DNA of 32,000 bases from Nitrososphaerota archaeon. Lineage in GTDB: Archaea > Thermoproteota > Nitrososphaeria > Nitrososphaerales > UBA57. The translations under genes were made by a program, and so were the position numbers. The stretch spans positions 1-32,000 of the forward strand of contig VHBL01000007.1 of assembly GCA_016871995.1 (NCBI GenBank), in the 5' to 3' direction. The notes under the pieces were generated by a model. That model saw nothing but the letters and a program-made list of their open reading frames with translations, was not told the origin of the DNA and made no database searches. The stretch's first letter is position 1, and each line of letters begins with the position of its first letter. This document shows positions 1 through 7,721 of the stretch, piece after piece.

Positions 1-20
1 GAGCAGAGTGTTGACCTAAA

Positions 21-2171
21 ATGAGTCAAAATGGTTTAGGCAAGTCTGCGGCAGTAATAGTTGCGGCAATCCTCTTATTCTCTGTGTTTTCTGTATTGAC
101 ACTCTCCATAAAGCCTGCAGAAGCTCAGGCACAACTCCCTCGAGAACAAAGGAACTGGGAATATCTAAATGGAGATGCATGGGGACAGAACTACAACCCC
201 CAAAACCAGCTCAACAAAGACAATGTGCAGTTCTTAGAGCTTAAATGGATCTATCCAATACCAACAGTAACTCAGCAAGCTAATAGGCTTCAGGGATTCG
301 CCTCTGTTGCTGAGGGGTCTATGGCCCCGCCCCTTGTCGTAGACGGAGTCGTCTACACAGTCCTCAATAGCAAGATGATACTTGCACTGGATGCAAAGAC
401 AGGGAAAGAACTTTGGAGATACATATCTTCATTTGACAACAGGAACATAAATAGTTCATTACCCGTGATAACAGGTTATCAGTTAGGCCACACTCACGGC
501 ATACACTATGTCGATGGAAAGATATGGATGAACGACTTTGGATGCAAAGTAAGTGCAATAGATGCGAAGACTGGCAAGTCAGTAATGAACTACACTAACT
601 TATGCAGAGAGATTCCAATGGACAGCCCTCAAGGAATGGGCATTCCAACGAACTCTGGCTTTTACGCTGGTGCTGGAGGACATCCTCCTGCCTTCTATAA
701 CAGGGGTAACATAATGATCTGGTCAATCGGCGGAGCGGCTGAAGGGACCTGGGGCGGAAGGTCATATGTTGCAGGTCACGATATTACGACGGGTCAGCTG
801 AAATGGAGATTTTTCTACATCCCACCATGCGGAGATCCAGCAACATGCAAGCCTCTATTCCAAAGGGAGAAGCAAGAATGGGGCAACTGGCTAGTACAAA
901 ATTGCAATAAGATATGGATACAAGCCATAAGATCATGCACACTAGATCAGGATCTATTAAGAAACGACTTTGGAAACATGAGGTTCAACTCTGGAGTAAG
1001 CAATGTGTGGGGAACTTATGTAGTTGACCAAGAAACTGGCATAGTCTACTTTGGAACTGCGCAGGCAGGGCCAGACTGGAATGCAACGCATGCACCTGGC
1101 TTCAGACTGTTCGGAGCTTCAGTAATAGCACTTAATGCTGGAACAGGAGAGCTTGTATGGGCACATCAGACTACAGCACGGGACCTATGGGACTATGACT
1201 GCTCATGGAATACAGTACTTGCAAATGCAAAGATAAAGGGACAGAATAAGAAAGTAGTCATAAAGGGTTGCAAGAACGGAGTTGTACACGTACTAGATGC
1301 GGCTACAGGAGAGCTGATACACTTCCTGCAGAGTCCTGACATAAAGAGAACGCCTGAGCAGTTGTTAGGTAATAGGGAATGGGGTGGTATAACCTACGAT
1401 CCAAGGAGTAAGGAGCTTATGACGAAGCCGTGGACTAATTACCCAAGCAAAGATCCATTCTGGATGAACTGCCCAGTCACCGGGTGCCTCGAGTCAGACA
1501 TTGCATATGATCCAACAAGGAACATGGTGTATGCGGGTACCTATAATGCACCTACATGGAGCAGAGTTACAAACGTTGACCACAGAGGAGCGAGCTTAGG
1601 AGGACAAATAAATCCGGCTGGTTTTCCTGCACCATACTCACCAAAGATCAACTCAACAATCAATGCTTGGGACCTAGACACTGGTCAATTGAAATGGAAA
1701 TATTTCATCAATGATAAAGGCTTCAGAGGAGGAGTGTTGGTCAGCGGAGGACTAGTATGGTTCGCTGCAGTAGACGGAATCGCGAGAGCTCTAGATGCTG
1801 ATACTGGAAAAGTCCTCTATGAGCAAAACCTTGGTATTTCGACATTAATTCAACCAACAATAGCCGCAGATGCTGATGGCAAGGTGAAGCTCTTCAGAGT
1901 TGTTGGAGGGCGTGCACTTGGCGCACTCCTTGGTCCTGGCGTAGGGTCAGATGTACCTGGAGCAATAATGGCCTATGGTCTAAGCGACAATATTCCAGCA
2001 CCAAAGGAAGTCATAAAGGAAGTACCAAAGGAAGTCATAAAGGAAGTACCAAAGGAAGTCATAAAGGAAGTAACAGTGGAGACGGTTTCTCCGATATCCT
2101 ACGCTATAGTAGGGATAGGAATCATCGTAGCTGTAGTAGGTATAGTAGCATCAAGAAGAAAGAAGGCATAG
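21..2171 (+). CDS. PQQ-dependent (quinoprotein) dehydrogenase-like beta-propeller protein with N-terminal signal/anchor and C-terminal TM anchor
   Basis: 716-aa ORF. N-terminal hydrophobic segment AAVIVAAILLFSVFSVLTL. NWEYLNGDAWGQNYNPQNQLNKDNVQFLELKW resembles the conserved N-terminus of methanol/ethanol-family quinoprotein dehydrogenases. Recurrent blade motifs ALDAKTGKELW, AIDAKTGKSV, LDAATGELI, AWDLDTGQLKW, ALDADTGKVLY. C-terminal (KEVIKEVP)n linker, hydrophobic helix and RRKKA tail. Confidence 0.75.
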   Translation: MSQNGLGKSAAVIVAAILLFSVFSVLTLSIKPAEAQAQLPREQRNWEYLNGDAWGQNYNPQNQLNKDNVQFLELKWIYPIPTVTQQANRLQGFASVAEGSMAPPLVVDGVVYTVLNSKMILALDAKTGKELWRYISSFDNRNINSSLPVITGYQLGHTHGIHYVDGKIWMNDFGCKVSAIDAKTGKSVMNYTNLCREIPMDSPQGMGIPTNSGFYAGAGGHPPAFYNRGNIMIWSIGGAAEGTWGGRSYVAGHDITTGQLKWRFFYIPPCGDPATCKPLFQREKQEWGNWLVQNCNKIWIQAIRSCTLDQDLLRNDFGNMRFNSGVSNVWGTYVVDQETGIVYFGTAQAGPDWNATHAPGFRLFGASVIALNAGTGELVWAHQTTARDLWDYDCSWNTVLANAKIKGQNKKVVIKGCKNGVVHVLDAATGELIHFLQSPDIKRTPEQLLGNREWGGITYDPRSKELMTKPWTNYPSKDPFWMNCPVTGCLESDIAYDPTRNMVYAGTYNAPTWSRVTNVDHRGASLGGQINPAGFPAPYSPKINSTINAWDLDTGQLKWKYFINDKGFRGGVLVSGGLVWFAAVDGIARALDADTGKVLYEQNLGISTLIQPTIAADADGKVKLFRVVGGRALGALLGPGVGSDVPGAIMAYGLSDNIPAPKEVIKEVPKEVIKEVPKEVIKEVTVETVSPISYAIVGIGIIVAVVGIVASRRKKA
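2001..2072 (+). repeat. Perfect 3 x 24-bp in-frame tandem repeat (ccaaaggaagtcataaaggaagta) encoding PKEVIKEV x3
   Basis: Three identical 24-bp units read directly at 2001-2024, 2025-2048 and 2049-2072. Each unit is itself two diverged 12-bp subunits. It lies in the linker before the C-terminal TM helix of the PQQ-type dehydrogenase. Confidence 0.95.
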
Positions 2172-2178
2172 CAGAAGA

Positions 2179-2206
2179 GCCCCGAAGAGGGGCACCTATT
2201 ATTTTT
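2179..2206 (+). terminator. Putative terminator: GC hairpin plus T-rich tract downstream of the dehydrogenase gene
   Basis: gcccc-gaaga-ggggc stem-loop (2179-2193) followed by acctattatttttc, 8 nt after the stop codon. Confidence 0.45.
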
Positions 2207-2257
2207 CAAACGCTTTTCCGTTCGTAGTAATATGTCGTAATTTGCGATTATTTTTGG

Positions 2258-2297
2258 TGGACCGGGAGGTATTTGAATATGTTTAGGTTCAAATACC
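2258..2297. repeat. Distal att site: tRNA-Ala 3'-end copy (2258-2277) overlapping a perfect 10-bp inverted repeat (2268-2277 / 2288-2297)
   Basis: 12/12 identity to 11327-11338 and 18/20 to 11327-11346. ggtatttgaa-N10-ttcaaatacc palindrome read directly. Confidence 0.65.
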
Positions 2298-2498
2298 TTA
2301 CTTTTAGAGGTAATTTATGATATGTCAGTATGTCAGTTAAGGGTTAAATGGGTTTGATTCTTGCTTATTCTAACAATCAGAGCAATTTCTGAAGGGGTAT
2401 ATATAGGGGTTGGCGGATTGTAGTCTAAGGTCGCTTATCCTCTAGGTCTTTGACTTCCTTAATTTTGGATTTCCTCATTCGTCTTCTAATGTCAAGAC

Positions 2499-3083
2499 CT
2501 ACTCAGCCCGAGGCTTTTGGGTATTCAATTCTAAGAGTTTTAGTTTGCTCTCATAATACTTGTCCATATCAGGAACCTTCGCAAGGATATCCACCAATAG
2601 AAGGGACTGCTGCATTATACCCAAACTTATTACATGTAGCCTTATCGGATCGTGGCTCAGGGGTGTCTCTGATTTCCTTGAAATCAGCATATCTCGTAAA
2701 ATAGAATTTGTAAGCATGTCAACCATGTCCCTCCAATATCTGCTATCACCTTCTCCCCTGCGAAGATGCTCGGCTATTTTGGTTCGGTTATGCACAACTC
2801 TTACGAGTCTTGCACCGAGTTCTATCAACCATTGGCTATATCCATCCTTGGAGAACTCATAAACAGCGTTTGGAGGAAAGACCTTCTCTTTGTGCCTTAA
2901 AATGACACCTTCTTTTTCAAGCCAGTCAAGATACTTTCGCAGTGATGCGGTTCCTATACCCTTCCCCTTCTCTTGAATCTCCCGCCAAGGTTTAGGCTTC
3001 CCATCAGAAAATAATTTTAGAATGAAGTTCATAATACGGTTTTCATCAGAAAGAACCCTCTCTTCAAGATTGGTCATTTCCAT
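2499..3083 (-). CDS. Winged-helix DNA-binding protein (element-encoded regulator)
   Basis: The ORF-track start at 3113 is TTG, so I prefer the ATG at 3083 (MEMTNLEER...). N-terminal ILKLFSDGKPKPWREIQEKGKGIGTASLRKYLDWLEKEGVILRH looks like a wHTH recognition helix plus wing. It is divergent from the RHH gene. Confidence 0.5.
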   Translation of the reverse strand: MEMTNLEERVLSDENRIMNFILKLFSDGKPKPWREIQEKGKGIGTASLRKYLDWLEKEGVILRHKEKVFPPNAVYEFSKDGYSQWLIELGARLVRVVHNRTKIAEHLRRGEGDSRYWRDMVDMLTNSILRDMLISRKSETPLSHDPIRLHVISLGIMQQSLLLVDILAKVPDMDKYYESKLKLLELNTQKPRAE

Positions 3084-3156
3084 AAATGGCTCATATTTCA
3101 GTATCAAAAACAAACTTTATAAACATGTTGTTTTCATATTTCAGCATCGAAAACAA
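3084..3156. promoter_or_regulatory. Divergent promoter/operator: palindromic TATA box tttataaa (3116-3123) flanked by two 24-bp direct repeats
   Basis: tcatatttcagtatcaaaaacaaa (3091-3114) and tcatatttcagcatcgaaaacaaa (3134-3157) match at 22/24. The TATA box lies 33 nt from the minus-strand ATG (3083) and 34 nt from the plus-strand ATG (3157). Confidence 0.5.
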
Positions 3157-3318
3157 ATGAAAAAGCAAACCGAATACATCACCCTGTGTTTAGACATGGA
3201 GACTTTCAAGCGCCTCGAGGCCCGAGCAGAGCAGGAAGAAAGAAAACCGGGGCAGCTTGCACGATTGATTTTGAAAAAAGTGCTTGGAACCGAAGAGGAG
3301 GTTGCAATCGCAGCATGA
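3157..3318 (+). CDS. Ribbon-helix-helix (CopG/Arc/MetJ-like) protein
   Basis: 53 aa from the internal ATG: MKKQTEYITLCLDMETFKRLEARAEQEERKPGQLARLILKKVL. This is a beta-strand/helix/helix pattern typical of RHH. The upstream part of track ORF 3022-3318 overlaps the divergent gene and promoter. Confidence 0.6.
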   Translation: MKKQTEYITLCLDMETFKRLEARAEQEERKPGQLARLILKKVLGTEEEVAIAA

Positions 3319-3542
3319 AGGTTTCACTCGCGAGGACGAAGGGCTACGTTTCGAAATTACCAGTGTCGACTTTCAAAAACATCATTTTGGCCGAGCGTGA
3401 TGAAATTGAGCTCTCTGACCTGATTTCGAAACTTGAAACTTGGGAAATTCTACTCAATCAAGAAATGAGCTTTCGGGAGAAGTCCGGTTCAACGAAACTT
3501 CTCCCGGCTGCAGAGCCGGTTTCTTTAGGAGGCCCTGTGTAA
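3315..3542 (+). CDS. Hypothetical protein (75 aa), translationally coupled to the RHH gene
   Basis: ATGA overlap: the start at 3315-3317 overlaps the RHH stop at 3316-3318. No recognisable motif. Confidence 0.45.
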   Translation: MKVSLARTKGYVSKLPVSTFKNIILAERDEIELSDLISKLETWEILLNQEMSFREKSGSTKLLPAAEPVSLGGPV

Positions 3543-3543
3543 A

Positions 3544-4374
3544 GTGTTTACAGTCAATGCTGATATTAAAACGTTAACGCTTCAGGGGTTCATTAAGCTC
3601 TATCTTGAGTGGGGTATTTCTTTTGTACCTCTAATATACAAAGACAAAGCTCCGGCTCTTCAAGAAGGCGAGATTTACAAGTATCGGAAGAGGCAACCCA
3701 ACGAACAAGAGATAAAAAGATGGTTTTACAATGGCTCGCAACATGGCATAGCTGCTGTTTGTGGTTTCAATAACTTAGTATGCTTGGATTTTGACGATCG
3801 GAAGACATTCGAAGCCTACATAGCTGGAAGGCCCTTACCAGAAACTTTCATAACAAAGAGTGCCAGAGGCGTCCATCTTTACTTCATCAACGATAAGCCA
3901 ATTGGTAGTATGAGATACGAGGGCTTGAAAGTCGAACTGCTGGGGGCGTGGCATCTTTCAACGCTTCCGCCCTCTTTGCATCCTTCTGGCATTCAACATT
4001 CAATACTCAACATGCGTCCGATCAAATCGGTATTTGGAATTGAGACGGCATTTAACGCATTTGCAAAGTCTCAGGGTATAGACACTAAGAAATCTTCTAA
4101 GGCCATCACAAAGGCAGATTTAACGGGAATCGTCCCTGAGGGGATTAGGCACGAAACGGCAAAGAATTATGCTAAGCACCTCATTAGAGGCTTAAAACTA
4201 GATAGTACAACGTCTCTGTTCGAGCTTCAACGCTGGAATGAGAAGCATTGCGTACCTCCCCTTCCTGAAGGGGAACTCATAGACCTAGTACGGTATTTCA
4301 GCTCGAAGCAAAGGCAGATTTCTGCAGATTTGACCGAGGAGTTTGCAAAAAGGAGGGGTAGCTTTGCAGAGTGA
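3544..4374 (+). CDS. Bifunctional DNA primase-polymerase (AEP prim-pol domain)
   Basis: GISFVPL...KAP, LVCLDFDD (DxD metal site) and ARGVHLYF (sGxGxHxYF-like) in the order expected for Prim-Pol/pRN1-type AEP domains. GTG start 1 nt after the upstream stop. Confidence 0.7.
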   Translation: MFTVNADIKTLTLQGFIKLYLEWGISFVPLIYKDKAPALQEGEIYKYRKRQPNEQEIKRWFYNGSQHGIAAVCGFNNLVCLDFDDRKTFEAYIAGRPLPETFITKSARGVHLYFINDKPIGSMRYEGLKVELLGAWHLSTLPPSLHPSGIQHSILNMRPIKSVFGIETAFNAFAKSQGIDTKKSSKAITKADLTGIVPEGIRHETAKNYAKHLIRGLKLDSTTSLFELQRWNEKHCVPPLPEGELIDLVRYFSSKQRQISADLTEEFAKRRGSFAE

Positions 4375-5701
4375 ACTTTCCACAATCGCTTTGACAGAAG
4401 ACACTAAACCATATGAAGTTGCAGAGGCATACCTTCAAGCAGCTTTTGTAAAGACATTTTTTGACTCGAGTGAGATAGTCCTCTATCACGAAAAAGGGGT
4501 TTATGTTAGAAACGCCGAATGGATAATTGCAAAGGACATCGAAGAGGTCTTTCATAAGAAGAAGTTAGATAAACTTCTGACTAACAACTTCCTTACTGAA
4601 GTTCTAGGTCATATAAGGAGGAGAACTTATGTTAACCGCTCAGAGTTTGATAAAGAGCCTTTTATTCTTAATCTAAAGAATGGATTACTCAATGTACAAA
4701 CAGGGGAATTTACAAAGCACAGTCCTGAGCATCTCTCTTTAGTACAGTTTCAGGTTGAATACAATCCGAAGGCGAATTGCCTTAAGATAGCAAAGTTCCT
4801 TTCAGAAGTGTTATTCCCTGACGATCTCCAATGTGTACAAGAATACGTTGGTTTCTGTTTATGGAAAGAGTACACGGTTGCAAAGGCTCTCTTACTCGTT
4901 GGAGAAGGTGGAAACGGGAAGTCAACTTTCATTTTATTGATTAAGGCATTAATCGGAAGTGAAAATACCTCCTCAGTTTCACTTCAAGAATTGGAATATA
5001 ACAGATTTGCGAAAGCAGATTTGTACGGAAAGCTAGCTAACCTCTATGCAGATCTTCCTGATGAAGCTCTAAAGAGCGCTGGGGTTTTCAAAATGTTGAC
5101 CGGCAAAGATCCAATAAGGGGAGAGTACAAATTCAGAAATTCCTTTCCCTTTGTCAATCTTGCAAAGTTGATTTTTAGTGCTAATAAGGTTCCAGAGTCA
5201 TATGAAGATACGACAGCATTCTTTCGGCGTTGGATAATTATTCTATTTCCTTTTACATTCATAGGCAAGAATGAGAACAAAGACCTCGTCAATGAGCTGA
5301 CAACGGAAGAGGAGCTTTCAGGCTTCTTGAATTGGGCTTTAGAAGGGCTGCAAAGACTTAGAGCTAACGGTTGGAACTTCAGTAATAGTAGGAGCGTAGA
5401 AGAGGTCAGGGAAGAGTACATTCGAAAATCCTCCCCGATACAAGCTTTCATCATGGATTGTATTGATATTGATAGTTATAGCGAAATTCCGAAAAAACAG
5501 CTATTCGATAAGTTTCTTGAGTACTGTAAGAGCAAGAAACTACCTGCTCCTTCAGATCAGACCTTTTTCAAGAAATTACCTCGATTTGTCAACATAACTG
5601 ACACTAGGCCGGAGGTTGGCGGAAAGAGAGTTCCCTGTTTCAAAGGGATCAAACTAAAGGAAGAGGAGGGCGTAAGAAACGCTCAAGCAAAGATTAGTTA
5701 A
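4343..5701 (+). CDS. D5/P4-type SF3 helicase (phage/plasmid primase C-terminal domain)
   Basis: Walker A LLVGEGGNGKST. Downstream KLANLYADLPDE then RGEYKFRNSFPF, typical of D5_N/primase-C families. The start is ambiguous: TTG at 4343, or TTG at 4364 which lies 8 nt after ggagggg. Confidence 0.75.
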   Translation: MQKGGVALQSELSTIALTEDTKPYEVAEAYLQAAFVKTFFDSSEIVLYHEKGVYVRNAEWIIAKDIEEVFHKKKLDKLLTNNFLTEVLGHIRRRTYVNRSEFDKEPFILNLKNGLLNVQTGEFTKHSPEHLSLVQFQVEYNPKANCLKIAKFLSEVLFPDDLQCVQEYVGFCLWKEYTVAKALLLVGEGGNGKSTFILLIKALIGSENTSSVSLQELEYNRFAKADLYGKLANLYADLPDEALKSAGVFKMLTGKDPIRGEYKFRNSFPFVNLAKLIFSANKVPESYEDTTAFFRRWIIILFPFTFIGKNENKDLVNELTTEEELSGFLNWALEGLQRLRANGWNFSNSRSVEEVREEYIRKSSPIQAFIMDCIDIDSYSEIPKKQLFDKFLEYCKSKKLPAPSDQTFFKKLPRFVNITDTRPEVGGKRVPCFKGIKLKEEEGVRNAQAKIS

Positions 5702-5712
5702 CTCTTCTGACA

Positions 5713-5811
5713 TTAAGATAGGAAAAACCCCTGACAGAGTTGACAGGGTTGACGGAACTAGGGTTTTTGCGTCAGGGCTGTCAGGGCTGTCAACCCATTT
5801 CCCTATCTTAA
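5713..5811. repeat. 99-bp composite palindrome: outer 10-bp IR enclosing 3 forward + 3 inverted 9-bp iterons (YTGACRG core)
   Basis: ttaagatagg (5713-5722) pairs with cctatcttaa (5802-5811). Forward units are ccctgacag, agttgacag, ggttgacgg (5729-5755). Inverted units are gcgtcaggg, ctgtcaggg, ctgtcaacc (5769-5795). The spacer is 13 bp. Confidence 0.8.
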
Positions 5812-6053
5812 GTTCCGAAAGCCCAAAGGCTAACCCTTCAACCTTAGACTATTGGATCCAAAGTCCGAAACTTAACGCTAGGTTAACTCTAATCAAAGAA
5901 AAACCCTCTAAACTTAACGGGTTAACTATTCCTTCCTTCAGGCTAGGAATAAAATGCTCTGAGCATAAAGACCTTCAATATAACAATCCAATTTCATGGA
6001 GAGATCACTACCTCTTAACGCATGGCTTGATATTTGAAGAGGAGCAAAGTTAG

Positions 6054-6293
6054 ATGCCGAAAGCTAGGCTTGAAAGCGAAGGCAGTTATGAGAGATGGCT
6101 TAGTCAGGTTGCGAAGTTTAGCAATCGCTTTAGCCCTTACAAAATTCCCAGAACAAAGGAGCATGGAATAAGGAAGAGGCCGAAGCCTGAGCATGAAGCT
6201 ACAATCAGATACGAATGTAAGCCATGTGATCTAACCTTTCAGAATTTAGATTTGTACGAGATTCACAATGCGCTCAAGCATAAAGCAGGATAG
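6054..6293 (+). CDS. C2H2 zinc-finger protein
   Basis: YECKPCDLTFQNLDLYEIHNALKH is a classical C-x2-C-x12-H-x4-H finger. gaggag lies upstream of the ATG. Confidence 0.6.
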   Translation: MPKARLESEGSYERWLSQVAKFSNRFSPYKIPRTKEHGIRKRPKPEHEATIRYECKPCDLTFQNLDLYEIHNALKHKAG

Positions 6294-6969
6294 TGTTAGC
6301 AAATTGCAAACAATCAAGAATAAACGCAAAGGAAAGATGCTCCAACCTGAGGTTGCTCAAAAATGGGAAGCTCTGAAGCAATCTCTAAACTTCAGATCGG
6401 ATAACGAATTTGCCAATGCTCTTTTAGAAACTCAGAAGGATCGCTTAGTCCCCTTTGTCAGCCATGAAACTGTATTTAATTCACCTGCTCCAACTCTCAT
6501 AATTGGGGAGCCGGGTTCAAGAAAAACAACCTTAGTTAAGCAGTTAATCCCTTCAATTCGAAATTCTATCCTATGCATTGATCCCCATAGCGAGTACTTA
6601 GAATTGGAGCAGTTCAACGGGAAGGGAGAGGTTGTTAGCAAAGTCCCCTTAGGTTTCGAAATACTGAAGGGTTCGATGATTGACTTTAGCAGGAAACAAC
6701 GATTGAGGTTTATCCCTTCACAAAACCCCTTTGTTTCTGAAGCTGAGACAACTAGCCTCTTTATGAGTTTGAATGAAAGCAGGGAAAAAATGAAGGGTTG
6801 GACTCTAATCGTTGACGAATGTCATAGGTTCTCAGGTAATAGTTTATTCCGAAGCTTCATAACAGAGAGTAGAAAGTATTCGATAAAGTCAATTTTGATA
6901 ACTGCTGATTATGCGAAGTTTGAAGGGTTGGGCTATTTCCTAAGGCCTGCTCCAATTGGAAGGGCTTGA
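6268..6969 (+). CDS. HerA/FtsK-like P-loop ATPase with deviant Walker A
   Basis: IIGEPGSRKTT (Walker A with R in place of the second conserved G), CIDPHSEY (HerA/DUF87-like DphgEY) and LIVDECHRF (Walker B). The ATG at 6337 is an alternative start that avoids overlap with the preceding gene. Confidence 0.6.
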   Translation: MRSSIKQDSVSKLQTIKNKRKGKMLQPEVAQKWEALKQSLNFRSDNEFANALLETQKDRLVPFVSHETVFNSPAPTLIIGEPGSRKTTLVKQLIPSIRNSILCIDPHSEYLELEQFNGKGEVVSKVPLGFEILKGSMIDFSRKQRLRFIPSQNPFVSEAETTSLFMSLNESREKMKGWTLIVDECHRFSGNSLFRSFITESRKYSIKSILITADYAKFEGLGYFLRPAPIGRA

Positions 6970-7278
6970 ATGTTTCCAATCGTCATATCCCCTGAAATTA
7001 CAATAGTCATCTTCGGCGTGATAGTCTTACTTACCCTTCTGTTTCTTCAATCCCTAATATCAGGGTTCGGCTTAAGGGCCATTACTCGTTTCATTGTGGC
7101 AATCTTGACCCTGCTCGGTTTTGCACTGGGCCTGATGCCATTTATCCTGAACTCAGCAGGCTCTTCGATGGAGCTTTCAATTTTTACTCTGGTCTTTTTA
7201 TCAATTGGCCTTTCGGTGTCTAGCTTCGCTTTGAGTTTTTTGATAATAAGACCCTCTGCCAGTCATGCCAGAGCCTAG
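6970..7278 (+). CDS. Small integral membrane protein (about 3 TM helices)
   Basis: The ATG immediately follows the ATPase TGA. 102 aa, almost entirely hydrophobic segments. Confidence 0.5.
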   Translation: MFPIVISPEITIVIFGVIVLLTLLFLQSLISGFGLRAITRFIVAILTLLGFALGLMPFILNSAGSSMELSIFTLVFLSIGLSVSSFALSFLIIRPSASHARA

Positions 7279-7471
7279 AATTTTAGTTAATAGCTGATCT
7301 AAGAAGGGGTACTATCACACGTACACACACTAATAGCAAATCTCAATCAAAATTTGTTATTTTGTTCGTGATCTGTCAAATTCAAAAATTCCGTCTAGCT
7401 GTGGATTGACCAAATCAAATTCAGCAGTTAACTTTCAAATCTTATCAGGCGACAAAAAGAATTGCCCAAAG

Positions 7472-7650
7472 ATGTTAAAGATGGTAAAGATGCCGAACAA
7501 CCGTCTGTTAGCATTATTTAATTAGTTGTGGTATATTGAGCGTCGCCCAATCAAACAATCCTAAAGTTAACCGAAGCTCTGTCAATGATTGATGTTGACG
7601 ATGTGGGTGAACAAGAAGAGATTGCCCGTCTATAGATATATTATTTCTAT
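7472..7650 (+). repeat. Direct repeat copy 1 (upstream of methyltransferase-like gene), containing two micro-ORFs
   Basis: 38-bp block 7561-7598 is identical to 8857-8894. 23-bp block 7628-7650 is identical to 8924-8946, with the same 67-bp spacing. Micro-ORFs: 7472-7525 (MLKMVKMPNNRLLALFN) and 7585-7635 (MIDVDDVGEQEEIARL). Confidence 0.85.
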
Positions 7651-7721
7651 ATTGGTAGTTGTCGGGCTAGTTTGGAGAATGAGTATGTTTTTATTTTTGT
7701 TGTCAAGTAGATGTAAAAGAC

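Noticed and set aside
2001-2072. Regularly spaced identical 24-bp units, checked as a possible CRISPR-like array.
   Set aside because: The units are contiguous with no spacers, in frame within a long CDS, and encode a peptide linker. No CRISPR array or cas gene is present anywhere in the window.
2450-2862. Plus-strand ORFs 2450-2704 and 2560-2862 at the left end of the element.
   Set aside because: Both are antisense to the wHTH gene (2499-3083), which has a coherent domain and a matching promoter. They have no motifs of their own.
3022-3156. The N-terminal 45 codons of track ORF 3022-3318, and the upstream part of 3186-3542.
   Set aside because: These extensions overlap the divergent wHTH gene and promoter, or the RHH coding frame. 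Internal ATGs at 3157 and 3315 give compact, non-overlapping, coupled genes.
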